Part shown: positions 26,571 to 34,743 of the stretch, in pieces
Numbering within the stretch: the stretch's first letter is position 1
Layout: each line of letters starts with the position of its first letter
DNA from: Acidimicrobiaceae bacterium
GTDB taxonomy: Bacteria; Actinomycetota; Acidimicrobiia; Acidimicrobiales; Bog-793
Assembly (NCBI GenBank): GCA_027459565.1
Contig: DAIDIA010000061.1
Coordinates: 1-34,743 of the forward strand
Direction of reading: 5' to 3'
DNA: 34,743 nt
Program-made: the position numbers and the translations under genes
The notes under the pieces: model-generated
Databases searched by the model: none
Told to the model about the DNA's origin: nothing
What the model saw: only the letters and a program-made list of their open reading frames with translations

Positions 26571-27071
26571 CTAAACGCAATCTCGACAGAGCTTGCGTTT
26601 CTTGTCAGCGAGCTGCGTGTTCTTCTTCAAAAGAAAACATGACTGGCACACAAATTCACCTGGCTGTTTTGGAAGCACTCTCGTACTGCCGTCACCTCTG
26701 TCATCTGACTCTCCAGGCTCGTCATCCTCGTCGTCATCAAGCTGCTCTTCGACTACCACAAGTCGCTCTTTGAGAATGTCGTCAAGCCCGGCTTCTACTT
26801 CATCGTCATCGAGGTCGTCGTCGTCATCCTCGGCAACATCGGCGTCGCCTTCGACGATTATTGCGACCGTTGGGTCGGGAATCACAAGGTCGTCATCATC
26901 TAGGTCGTCGTCGAGCCCGATGATGACATCGTCATCATCGTCGAGATCGACCTCAAGGTCATCCACGAGGTCGTCTTCGAGTTCAACATCGATGTCCGCG
27001 TCGAGCTCTGCATCGACAAGCTCTTCGTCAATCTCCTCGACAGGAGCCTCAACGACTTTCTTTTTCGCCAT
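26571..27071 (-). CDS. DUF4193-family protein with a greatly expanded acidic N-terminal region
   Basis: The C-terminus LPKQPGEFVCQSCFLLKKNTQLADKKRKLCRDCV matches the DUF4193 C-x2-C...C-x2-C module as I recall it. About 115 residues dominated by Asp/Glu/Leu/Val precede it. Confidence 0.7.
   Translation of the reverse strand: MAKKKVVEAPVEEIDEELVDAELDADIDVELEDDLVDDLEVDLDDDDDVIIGLDDDLDDDDLVIPDPTVAIIVEGDADVAEDDDDDLDDDEVEAGLDDILKERLVVVEEQLDDDEDDEPGESDDRGDGSTRVLPKQPGEFVCQSCFLLKKNTQLADKKRKLCRDCV
26697..27044 (-). repeat. low-complexity GAC/GAT/GAG-rich coding tract (poly-acidic region of the DUF4193 gene)
   Basis: Shows runs such as DLDDDDDVIIGLDDDLDDDDL and AEDDDDDLDDDE. It produces a spurious Ser-rich ORF on the opposite strand. 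Confidence 0.7.
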
Positions 27072-27259
27072 TCACGTCCTCATCAAATTCGTTACGAGTT
27101 GGATCTCTACTGCCTCGAAATGGGGCATTTAGCGCCGGCAAACGAGGCAGGCGGCGTCACTATAGGGCAAGTAGGTGCGCGCGGTGACGCGAAAGGCCAA
27201 AAACCGCGATTTTCGTCAGGTAGGAGTGCGAGAAATCGCCTTCGCCGCGAGCAATGGAA

Positions 27260-28873
27260 CTATGCGCCGTTCAGCCGGCGCCGGGCATGGAGGTCCTCGG
27301 CTTCAAGTCGCCCGAGATCCGTCTCGCTGTAGTCCACGAATTTCATTGACTCGGCAATTGCGTAATGACCTGCGATCGTTGCGATCTGGTCGTGCATCTG
27401 CTGGGCAATGACCCGATAGTTCGGATGGCCCTGAGGACCGCTCCGAAGCTCGGCGACATGCATGGCCTCTCGAGCCGACATCTGCAATGAGTAGCGGATC
27501 TTGAATGCAAGTGCCACTGCGTAGCTTGCTTGGTCTGGCAGTCTGGGCGACATTGCGTGAAATAGGTCGCTACTTCGTTCAAGCGAATCCCGATACGCCC
27601 GTTCCAATCCCGCGGCCACAACTATCTCCGGTACGTCATATCCAAGGTCGGTTGTAAGCGGTTGCCACTCAATTGTCAGCATTCGGTGACGCTGGAGGTC
27701 ACGGAAGGCGCCGTAGTCAGAGACTATGTCGAACCGATAGCTTGTTCGTTCATATGCTCGTCCCGGTCGATGCCGACGGTTCTTGCGATCACCGACATAG
27801 GTCCGGAAGAGAGCTAATCGCTCTGCGGGGGTCAATGTGGCCACTCTGCGCTCTATGGCCTCCTCGCTGATGCCGAGAGACGCGTAGCAGATTGCGACAA
27901 GCACTTTGTCCTCGCCGCGGGGGTCAAAGTCAACGAGACGCACACTCGACTCTTCGGGACTGACATGGGTATCGACATCGCTGAAGAGCCGACCCATCAT
28001 CTCCGTCGTCTGGGATTGTCGATCCACAAGATATTGGGTCCACTCCCCCCCTCTGTCCGGCCGGTCAAGGCGGGTCAAGAAGGACGGGATGACCTTGCGC
28101 AGTTCGATGAGCATGAGCTCCGCATATTCTCGAACCTCGGGAAGCGGATGCGCCCGCATGCGCCAAAGCAGCATCTCGTACGATTGCCCAGAGCCATAGA
28201 TGCCGACATTTGAAAGCGCCCCGGCGGGAAGAAGTCCACGGAGAGCATCGAGCGCACGCGCCCTTATCGACTGTCGATACGCGAAATCCGAAATACTCCC
28301 AGATGGTGGAAACGCCCTTGTAAGGTGCTCGATCAGAGCCGGCATGAGGGAACCGTAGGTGTCAAACATGCGATCCATCTCACCCACGTACCGGGCGCCA
28401 AGTGGCGACTCGAGCACCGCTGGATCGCGGAAGTACCGATAGTGGCCGGTCCAAAGCCGAGTGTCATAGGGGATGTAGCGCGTCGACTGCTCCAGATAGG
28501 ACATCACGCGTCCGCGTTCAAGGACTTTGGTCAAAACATTCGATGCCTGCTCACAGGCGAGATGGACTCCACCGAGCTGCGCAACCGAGTCGTCTCCGTA
28601 TTCCCCGAAGACGCGTTCGTAAAGCTGTTCCGCTCGACGTAGACCCATCGTTGCATCAACCGACTCGTCGCCGGAAATATCGAGTTCATCAACAAATTCA
28701 TCCAGGAAAAGGCGGCGCAGACTCTTCGCCGAGCGCGAATATCGCGCAAACAGGGCGCCCTTGACAACCTCCGGGAGATTCACGAGCGCGAAAACTGGGC
28801 CGTCGAGGTTCGTCATATAGCGACGAAGTACCTCGCGTTCGTTTTCGCTGAAGCTCTCTACTGCATACGACAT
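27260..28873 (-). CDS. long-form Thy1/ThyX-family (FAD-dependent thymidylate synthase-like) protein
   Basis: 537 aa. The N-terminal half has GALFARYSRS (S-x-RY-like). The C-terminal half has FRDLQRHRMLTIEWQ (an RHR core) and MHVAELRSGPQGHPNYRVIAQQM, which resembles the ThyX LR-x-x-x-x-AQ-x-EIR helix. Family assignment is by motif recall only. Confidence 0.55.
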   Translation of the reverse strand: MSYAVESFSENEREVLRRYMTNLDGPVFALVNLPEVVKGALFARYSRSAKSLRRLFLDEFVDELDISGDESVDATMGLRRAEQLYERVFGEYGDDSVAQLGGVHLACEQASNVLTKVLERGRVMSYLEQSTRYIPYDTRLWTGHYRYFRDPAVLESPLGARYVGEMDRMFDTYGSLMPALIEHLTRAFPPSGSISDFAYRQSIRARALDALRGLLPAGALSNVGIYGSGQSYEMLLWRMRAHPLPEVREYAELMLIELRKVIPSFLTRLDRPDRGGEWTQYLVDRQSQTTEMMGRLFSDVDTHVSPEESSVRLVDFDPRGEDKVLVAICYASLGISEEAIERRVATLTPAERLALFRTYVGDRKNRRHRPGRAYERTSYRFDIVSDYGAFRDLQRHRMLTIEWQPLTTDLGYDVPEIVVAAGLERAYRDSLERSSDLFHAMSPRLPDQASYAVALAFKIRYSLQMSAREAMHVAELRSGPQGHPNYRVIAQQMHDQIATIAGHYAIAESMKFVDYSETDLGRLEAEDLHARRRLNGA

Positions 28874-28903
28874 GTCGTTTTACGTTAGGGGCAGAATAGG
28901 CAT

Positions 28904-31054
28904 TTATCGCGGATCATCTCCAAGATCGTCGCTTTCGGCATACCCAACCCCGCTCGAGGCCAAGACGATTCCCCGAACCAGCCGATCGGCCGCCTCGGCG
29001 GCGACTGATTTGAAGGTGGAGGGGCCCGATGTGAGGGAGATCTGCCTCAGGAGATCCACAAGCTGCTTGACGTTTCGCACGAAATCGCCGCCGGTCATGG
29101 TGGGTTCTGCGACGCCCGTATCACGCCTTCCCCTTCGCGGCGGGGCAAGGATCTGGGCGAGATCCTCTCCTGAGGCCCAAGCTCTGGATATGGCGGCAAA
29201 GCCCGTGTCGAGAGTACGTGTCTCCGGAAGACGCAGCGACCGTTCCCTCCCTCGAAGCGACGTCGCGAGGTCATCCAAAGCGATGAAACGGTCGTTCAGC
29301 GTCGAGGTGGGCATGACCTGCTCTCCGACCTCCCGGCGCGCCTCGTAGGTGAACACAGACACCAATGCAGCCAATTCCTCGACATCAAGCCCATCGAAGA
29401 GTCCCGATCGCATCGCCTCCGTGACCAGTAGGTCGCAGTCGTGATAGATCGCCACAAGTCGTTCCCCATCCAGGGTAAGAGCCCAGCCACGGATGTATTC
29501 GCGCTCCTCTAGAAGCGATATCACGGCATCAAGTTGACGCGTGAGCGGCTCTTCACTGAGAAACTGGGCAAACGAGGACCGGACCAAGCGGAACGCATTG
29601 TCTCGGTCATAACTCCTTACAAGATTTGCAACCATGTTGTAGGTCGGCCTGAATGCGGACCGCAACGGGCGCGACCGAGCGCCCGCCAGCGATGCCGCCT
29701 CAGCGAACCGGTGGAATGGAGAGTACACAACTGCCGCGAATCCGACCTCATCGATTCCCCGCCGACCCGCGCGGCCGGTGAGCTGGGTGAATGCACCAGG
29801 TGAGAGGTCTTCGTGACCGGCTCCGGTGAACTTCGAAAGGCTCTCGATAATCACCGATCGAGCTGGCATGTTGATACCAAGTGCGAGTGTCTCGGTGGCG
29901 AAGACCACCTTGACGAGCGATTGCAGGAACAGTGATTCCACGAGTTCGCGAAATGGCGGAACCAACCCAGCGTGATGCGGGGCAATCCCGGATTCGAGCG
30001 AATGGCGGAATCGGTCATAGTGAAGAACCTCGAGGTCCACATCGCTCAGATGATCCACATAGCTGTCTGCAATGTCCCGAATCCTCGAACGTTCTGCCGG
30101 AGTCGTGAACCTCAGACCCGCCTCAAGGCATTGTCGAACGGCATCCTCGCATCCCGCTCGAGCAAAAATGAAATAGATCGCAGGGAGAAGTTTCGCGCGA
30201 TGGAATTCCTCGATTGTCTCCCATCGCTTGGGACGATACGCGCGCGACCGGGTCCTAGGGTTGGTATGTCGCGGCCGCTGATGGCGTTGTCGATATCGAC
30301 CTTCAATGGTCTGCTCGAGTTGGCGATCAATTTGAATTGCGTCCGGGTTGGGTTTGCCGTTTACGAACATCTCCAAGATCTTGAGTCGATGTTCGGATCG
30401 GTCACCCACGACATACAGATTCTCCAACTCGATCGGGCGACGCTCCTCGATGACCGTCCCAATAGACCCACGGACCGTACCGATCCACCGCGCAAGTTCT
30501 TCGGCATTGGACACCGTCGCCGAGAGACAGACGAGGGTCACCGACTCGGGGGCGGTGATAATGATCTCCTCCCACACGGATCCTCGGTACCGATCCTCAA
30601 GAAAGTGGACTTCGTCGAGCACGACACAACGAAGCCTCGCAAGTCGCTCCTGACCCGAGTAGATCATGTTGCGAAGGACTTCCGTTGTCATCACCACGAT
30701 TGCGGCTTCAGGATTGCGGGAGATGTCACCGGTGAGCAGGCCGACATTCTCCCGGCCATAGATCTGCACGAAATCAAGGTACTTCTGGTTCGAGAGCGCC
30801 TTTAACGGGGTCGTGTAGAAGGCGCGATTCCCTGAAGAGATTGCACGCGCCACGGCATATTCGGCGATGAGCGTCTTCCCCGATCCAGTCGGAGCGGCAA
30901 CGAGAACCGATCGGTTGTCATCGAGAATATCCAGCGCCCTCGTCTGAAAGGGATCGAGGGGAAAGGTGTTGAGCGAGAGAAAGAGCTTCCGCAAGTCTCC
31001 GCTCCGGGAGGAGACATCGCGTAATTGCTCAAGAAACGGAGGTGCATACGCCAC
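28904..31054 (-). CDS. helY: Ski2-like DEAD/DEAH-box helicase HelY
   Basis: Contains Q-motif FPLDPFQTRA, Walker A AAPTGSGKT, DEVH and SAT, and the C-terminal GGDFVRNVKQLVDLLRQI (DSHCT-like). Conserved position after tatC. The GTG start overlaps the tatC stop (TAGTG). Confidence 0.85.
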   Translation of the reverse strand: MAYAPPFLEQLRDVSSRSGDLRKLFLSLNTFPLDPFQTRALDILDDNRSVLVAAPTGSGKTLIAEYAVARAISSGNRAFYTTPLKALSNQKYLDFVQIYGRENVGLLTGDISRNPEAAIVVMTTEVLRNMIYSGQERLARLRCVVLDEVHFLEDRYRGSVWEEIIITAPESVTLVCLSATVSNAEELARWIGTVRGSIGTVIEERRPIELENLYVVGDRSEHRLKILEMFVNGKPNPDAIQIDRQLEQTIEGRYRQRHQRPRHTNPRTRSRAYRPKRWETIEEFHRAKLLPAIYFIFARAGCEDAVRQCLEAGLRFTTPAERSRIRDIADSYVDHLSDVDLEVLHYDRFRHSLESGIAPHHAGLVPPFRELVESLFLQSLVKVVFATETLALGINMPARSVIIESLSKFTGAGHEDLSPGAFTQLTGRAGRRGIDEVGFAAVVYSPFHRFAEAASLAGARSRPLRSAFRPTYNMVANLVRSYDRDNAFRLVRSSFAQFLSEEPLTRQLDAVISLLEEREYIRGWALTLDGERLVAIYHDCDLLVTEAMRSGLFDGLDVEELAALVSVFTYEARREVGEQVMPTSTLNDRFIALDDLATSLRGRERSLRLPETRTLDTGFAAISRAWASGEDLAQILAPPRRGRRDTGVAEPTMTGGDFVRNVKQLVDLLRQISLTSGPSTFKSVAAEAADRLVRGIVLASSGVGYAESDDLGDDPR

Positions 31055-31797
31055 TATCGGTGCGCGATTCGACCGATGAGAATGGATATCTCGTAGAAGG
31101 CAAGCATCGGCAGCGCCAGCGCCAGCATTGAGAATGGATCAGAGCTCGGAGTGGCAATTCCCGAAAACACGACTATTACAACAATCGCGATTCTTCGCCA
31201 GCTGCCGAGCTGCCTTGGAGTGATGACCTTCGCGAGTTCAAGGCCGACAAGAACCACGGGAAACTCGAATGAGATACCAAAGATCGCCATAAGAGCCATG
31301 ATCAGCGTCAGATACTTGGAAGGCGTGAAGAGGTCGACGATCCCGGGACCGCCGACGCTATGCAAGAACCCAAGTGCGTGTGGAAACGTGAGCCAGGCAA
31401 TATATGCCCCTGAGGCAAAAAGCACTACTGCGGAGAGCGTAAACGCCGCCGCGTATCGCCGCTCGTGAGCCCTCAATCCGGGAGTGACAAATCGCCAGAG
31501 TTGGAACAGGATCACTGGTGATGCAAGGACGAGGCCACCATAACCCGCAAGATCAAGTCGAATGCCGAAAGCGTCGAGCGGGCCCATCACAACCAAGGAA
31601 CAACTATGGCCCTTGGGAATTGAAAGACAATATGGCCGTTCAAGAAGGTGGAGTACCCGTGGATAGAGCACCCACGAAATGCTTGCAGTAACGACAAACG
31701 ACGCTACACAGACCACGAGGCGCCGGCGCAGTTCACCGAGATGCTCTACGAGCGTCATTGCGTCCGGAGATTTCTTTGCAGTGCCAACTGTCTTCAT
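31054..31797 (-). CDS. tatC: twin-arginine translocase subunit TatC
   Basis: Contains MTLVEHLGELRRRL and six hydrophobic segments. I choose ATG 31797 so the gene does not overlap the upstream tat gene. The ORF track allows 31893, and ATG 31758 is also possible. Confidence 0.85.
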   Translation of the reverse strand: MKTVGTAKKSPDAMTLVEHLGELRRRLVVCVASFVVTASISWVLYPRVLHLLERPYCLSIPKGHSCSLVVMGPLDAFGIRLDLAGYGGLVLASPVILFQLWRFVTPGLRAHERRYAAAFTLSAVVLFASGAYIAWLTFPHALGFLHSVGGPGIVDLFTPSKYLTLIMALMAIFGISFEFPVVLVGLELAKVITPRQLGSWRRIAIVVIVVFSGIATPSSDPFSMLALALPMLAFYEISILIGRIAHR

Positions 31798-31814
31798 GGA
31801 ATTGATTGATTTGA

Positions 31815-32192
31815 TCAATTCATTGTGGGGTCGGCAAAGTCGCGAGTCTGAGTCGATGATGGACCTCGAGGACCTCGCCGATGTGCAGTCCATGCAGCAT
31901 TTGAATCATTGTCATCTGTCGCAGCAGGACCCGAGACTTCTTCAAGCGAATCCTTTGCGACCTCGGGTCTGACAATCGAGAGCGGGTCTACGAGCACCGA
32001 TCGGAATGAACGAGAACTGGGAAGATCGGGAATCTGATCCTTGATCTCGTCAACCAAGCGGTCCCGAGCCGCGGTGAAATCCTGCCAGAGCCGACCAAGT
32101 TGCCGGGCCACCTTTGGAAGGCGCTCGGGACCAAGGACAAGGAGGCCGATGACCAGAATCACAAGCAGCTTTGCCGGATCCAGGTTCATCAC
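31815..32192 (-). CDS. tatB: TatA/TatB-family twin-arginine translocase subunit, TatB-like
   Basis: An N-terminal TM segment and hinge (LLVILVIGLLVLGPERLPKVARQLGRLW) are followed by an amphipathic helix and an acidic tail. LGPERLP is typical of actinobacterial TatB rather than TatA (FG-x-KKLP). Confidence 0.75.
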   Translation of the reverse strand: MMNLDPAKLLVILVIGLLVLGPERLPKVARQLGRLWQDFTAARDRLVDEIKDQIPDLPSSRSFRSVLVDPLSIVRPEVAKDSLEEVSGPAATDDNDSNAAWTAHRRGPRGPSSTQTRDFADPTMN

Positions 32193-32285
32193 AGTTGGTC
32201 AGTGTACAAGGCGTCCCGCGCGCAATGAGTCCGGATTTCCGGCATGAGAACCCCGTGGGGAACTCTCAGGCGTCGCTCCTGACCC

Positions 32286-32390
32286 CTATTCGGTGGGATC
32301 GGGATAGTCGATGCTGATGACCTCGTTCTGCCGGAGCGTCTCCTCAAGGATGTGCAGGGCTCCGTGGAGATACCGCGATGCAAATCTCAT
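32286..32390 (-). CDS. candidate 34-codon micro-ORF (MRFASRYLHGALHILEETLRQNEVISIDYPDPTE)
   Basis: Hand translation. ATG 32390 is preceded by GGAGG with a 7-nt spacer, and the stop TAG is at 32286-32288. Third-position GC is about 73 percent, like neighbouring genes. It is not in the supplied track because it is under 60 aa. Confidence 0.4.
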   Translation of the reverse strand: MRFASRYLHGALHILEETLRQNEVISIDYPDPTE

Positions 32391-32409
32391 AATCTCGCCT
32401 CCGATCATT

Positions 32410-32428
32410 TAGTTAGTTTTACTAACTA
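32410..32428. promoter_or_regulatory. perfect 19-bp palindrome TAGTTAGT-TTT-ACTAACTA inside an AT-rich island (candidate operator/promoter)
   Basis: The 8-bp arms are exact reverse complements with a 3-nt spacer. The flanks TTTAGTTAGTTTTACTAACTATATATCTTTTC are strikingly AT-rich for this genome. The palindrome lies 20-38 nt upstream of the micro-ORF ATG. Confidence 0.5.
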
Positions 32429-32521
32429 TATATCTTTTCAGCCGAGTTCGATCGCAAAATGATGCTCTGTGCCTCGATCGGCGAGAATTCTGGCTCAAGA
32501 GCTGCGAGCCGGATCTGAAAT

Positions 32522-33106
32522 CTAGAAAAAGTGCAGGTAAGGATGCCCAGATCGCCAAAAAATTGCCACAACCTTGCCCACAATTGAAGAGGTGGGCACG
32601 GGGCCCCAGTAGCGGCTGTCGCAGGAGATCGATCGATTGTCGCCAAGGAGGTAGACGTCGCCCTTCGGCACCCGCTGACGGGCAATTGGCGTCAATCCGA
32701 GCGAGGTGCCGCGTGGCAGGTAGTTCTCCGTGATCGGCGAGCCGTCAATGTAGATGGTATTTCCCTTTGACCAGATGGTCTCTCCCGCCGTCGCAATTAC
32801 CCGTTTGACAAGGTCCTCGCCAGACGGCCCACACATGTTGTCATGTGAAGGGTGATGCAGGACAACGATTGTTCCCCTACCGACCGAAGATGCTGAAAAG
32901 AACAGCTTGTCAACCAGAATGCGATCGCCGATATCAAGTGTCGGAATCATTGAGCCGGACGGCACAAAGAAAGCCTGCAGCGCAAAGCCTCGGATTCCGA
33001 TAGAAATGGCGAGCGCAACGAGAATTACGGCACCCCATTCGAGGACGCGTTTCGTCACGCTTTTCTTGGGTCTCCCGCTATCGGTTTTCGAGTGCGCTCC
33101 GCTCAC
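32522..33106 (-). CDS. lepB: signal peptidase I
   Basis: Contains an N-terminal TM segment, the catalytic Ser box [10 protein letters not shown], the Lys box [11 protein letters not shown], and [17 protein letters not shown] prefer GTG 33106, which overlaps the pafA stop as GTGA. The ORF track allows 33208. Confidence 0.85.
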   Translation of the reverse strand: MSGAHSKTDSGRPKKSVTKRVLEWGAVILVALAISIGIRGFALQAFFVPSGSMIPTLDIGDRILVDKLFFSASSVGRGTIVVLHHPSHDNMCGPSGEDLVKRVIATAGETIWSKGNTIYIDGSPITENYLPRGTSLGLTPIARQRVPKGDVYLLGDNRSISCDSRYWGPVPTSSIVGKVVAIFWRSGHPYLHFF

Positions 33107-34461
33107 ATTGCGCCTATCAGCCGTTCGACGCGGTCGTCGACGGACTTGAATGGGTCCTTGAGCAAGAGTGTGCGTTGAGTCTGATCGTTTAACTTTAGAT
33201 GCACCCAATCCACTGTGTAGTCGCGCCTTCGCTCCTTCGCCCGCCGAATGAAATCACCCCGAAGGCGCGCGCGAGTGGATTGAGGAGGGTGAGTCATCGC
33301 CGATGTGATCTGCTCGTCATCGATGACCCTCTGAACAAGACCTCGCGCCTGAAGACGGTAGAACAGGCCCCGCTCCGGCGATAGGTCGTGATATTGCAGA
33401 TCAATGAGTGAGACGCTGGGATCGCCGAGGGCTACTCCGTGACGCTCGCGATACGCCTCGATGAGATTGTGTTTGATGACCCAATCACACTCGCTTCCAA
33501 GCAGAAACGGGTCGATCTCTATGGTCGACATGCAGTGCTCCCACATCCGCAGCGCCTGGACCTCTTGATCAGGAAGCTTGTGAAGATCTGCATAGTGCAA
33601 AGCGGCATCGAGAAACGCACTTTGGATCTCGAAGGCGCTCATTTCCTTTCCGTTTGCGAGCCGAACTGGCCGCTTGCACGAAACGTCATGGCTGATCTCT
33701 CGTATTGCCCGTATCGGGTCCTCAAATGCCATTTCGCGCAGATCAAGCATTCCCGCGTCAAAAACACGGAGAAGGAGAATCATCACGCCAATCTTGAGAA
33801 AGTTCGCATACTCACTCATGTTGGAATCGCCCACGATGACATGAAGTCTGCGATACCGCTCTGCGTCGGCATGGGGCTCGTCTCGGGTGTTGATGATTGG
33901 GCGCGAGCGCGTCGTCGCCGAAGAGTACCCCTCCCAAGTGTGCTCAGCCCGCTGGGAGAGACAAAAAACTGCTCCCCTCGGTGTCTGGAGCACCTTTCCA
34001 GCTCCCGCGTAGATCTGGCGCGTCACGAGGAAGGGGATAAAAGTCTCCGCGTATTCCGCAAAATCCCGCTCGCGTGTCGTCAGATAGTTCTCGTGACATC
34101 CATAGGAGTTACCTGCGGAATCTGTATTGTTCTTGAAGAGGTAGATCGAACCCTTGATTCCCTCGTCTCGCAATCTCTCCTCCGCAGAATCGATCAGGGA
34201 ATCGAGAATGCGCTCTCCCGCCTTGTCGTGGGCGACGACGTCCTCAAGAACGTCGCATTCAGGTGTCGCGTACTCAGGGTGACTCCCGACATCGAGATAG
34301 AGGCGCGCGCCGTTTTCGAGGAAGACGTTCGAAGAGTGGCCCCAGGTCACGACCTTTCGGAACAGGTAGCGGGCGACTTCGTCGGTGCTCAGACGCCGTT
34401 GGCCGTGCAATGCACAGGTGACGCCATATTCGTTCTCGATACCAAAGATTCGGCGCTCCAT
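33103..34461 (-). CDS. pafA: Pup--protein ligase PafA
   Basis: 452 aa. Collinear with M. tuberculosis PafA as I recall it: [87 protein letters not shown] and [11 protein letters not shown]. The PafA-like length and C-terminus (...RLIGAM) argue against Dop. Confidence 0.9.
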   Translation of the reverse strand: MERRIFGIENEYGVTCALHGQRRLSTDEVARYLFRKVVTWGHSSNVFLENGARLYLDVGSHPEYATPECDVLEDVVAHDKAGERILDSLIDSAEERLRDEGIKGSIYLFKNNTDSAGNSYGCHENYLTTRERDFAEYAETFIPFLVTRQIYAGAGKVLQTPRGAVFCLSQRAEHTWEGYSSATTRSRPIINTRDEPHADAERYRRLHVIVGDSNMSEYANFLKIGVMILLLRVFDAGMLDLREMAFEDPIRAIREISHDVSCKRPVRLANGKEMSAFEIQSAFLDAALHYADLHKLPDQEVQALRMWEHCMSTIEIDPFLLGSECDWVIKHNLIEAYRERHGVALGDPSVSLIDLQYHDLSPERGLFYRLQARGLVQRVIDDEQITSAMTHPPQSTRARLRGDFIRRAKERRRDYTVDWVHLKLNDQTQRTLLLKDPFKSVDDRVERLIGAM

Positions 34462-34556
34462 GGAAAAGAAACTAGCCCCAAGAACTCACCATGTCGCTTC
34501 GCAAAGCCCAAGAAGTTCTGTCAGACAAAATTCGCGAACGGGGCGTACACAGAGCC

Positions 34557-34743
34557 CTATGCGACAGACTCTTCCAGCAGACCCCGGAGCTCATCGCCCT
34601 CAATGCGGTGAAACGCGCGCCTGCCATATTTGGCATTGAGAACACCGACTTCGAGATCTTCAACACCCAAGGGTCGGTCACCACCAGTCAGACAATGAAT
34701 GGAGGATCTCAGCGCCTCCGCAAGGCTCCAATCACTGCGGAAC
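34557..34743 (-). CDS. prcA: proteasome alpha subunit PrcA, C-terminal fragment; the 5' end lies outside the window
   Basis: Hand translation of the minus frame gives ...LAEALRSSIHCLTGGDRPLGVEDLEVGVLNAKYGRRAFHRIEGDELRGLLEESVA, with stop TAG at 34557-34559. It resembles the PrcA C-terminus (...LEVAVLDANRPRRAFRRI...). Its position upstream of pafA fits. Confidence 0.7.
   Translation of the reverse strand, partial: FRSDWSLAEALRSSIHCLTGGDRPLGVEDLEVGVLNAKYGRRAFHRIEGDELRGLLEESVA

Noticed and set aside
26593-27132. 179-aa Ser-rich plus-strand ORF
   Set aside because: It is the mirror image of the poly-Asp/Glu tract of the DUF4193 gene (antisense of GAC/GAT/GAG codons).
29972-30805. 277-aa plus-strand ORF
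   Set aside because: It is antisense to helY, whose helicase motifs are on the minus strand.
32189-32383. 64-aa minus-strand ORF, considered as Pup because of its size and proximity to pafA
   Set aside because: It has no C-terminal GGQ/GGE and is Arg-rich rather than acidic. pup normally lies between dop and prcB, upstream of prcA and outside this window. The ORF also overlaps the better-supported 34-codon ORF in another frame.
32422-32685. 87-aa minus-strand ORF
   Set aside because: It overlaps the 3' part of lepB in another frame and runs through the AT-rich palindrome. It shows no coding signal.
33439-34611. 390-aa ORF on the plus strand
   Set aside because: It is entirely antisense to pafA, whose identity is unambiguous. 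Its composition is Arg/Ser/Leu-rich with no motifs. This is a typical shadow ORF of a GC-rich gene.
34472-34684. 70-aa minus-strand ORF between pafA and the window edge
   Set aside because: It is out of frame with, and overlaps, the PrcA C-terminal coding frame, which matches proteasome alpha sequence.
1-34743. Scan for CRISPR repeats, tRNA T-arm motifs (GGTTCGAATCC-like), rRNA, IS/transposase/integrase genes and phage modules
   Set aside because: None was found. The only GGTTCGAA and TCGATTCC-like matches lie inside protein-coding frames without any cloverleaf context.

Overview
This 34.7-kb window looks like core chromosome from a GC-rich Actinomycetota-type genome. I see no rRNA, tRNA, CRISPR array, transposase or integrase. 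Gene order matches two conserved mycobacterial neighbourhoods recalled from memory. The first (5.9-14.0 kb) is pgsA-like, gcvH, an FHA protein, a MerR/FtsR-like regulator, a DUF151 nuclease and a second MerR (as in Rv1822-Rv1832), here continuing into gcvT and a split gcvPA/gcvPB. The second (minus strand, 28.9-34.7 kb) is prcA (partial), pafA, tat genes and helY (as in Rv2092c-Rv2097c). Between them lies a transport and metal block: NiCoT, a DHA2 MFS transporter, a CcdA-like protein, a permease with two YHS domains, and an ABC exporter. The rest is two class II aldolase/adducin paralogues, a bicupin, a long ThyX-like protein, an expanded DUF4193 protein, PhoU, an aminotransferase, a TSUP permease and a truncated CHAP amidase. 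I found no clear multi-gene defence or mobile system. Four things deserve a second look. (1) A perfect inverted repeat with 13-bp arms sits on the start of an excisionase-type HTH gene that is translationally coupled to the YHS permease. (2) An AT-rich 19-bp perfect palindrome, a strong SD and a 34-codon ORF occupy the slot where pafBC normally lies, and pafA is coupled to signal peptidase I. (3) About 0.7 kb (2333-3063) has no convincing ORF. (4) The long ThyX-like gene is paired with the DUF4193 gene. All family assignments come from motif reading, not searches.
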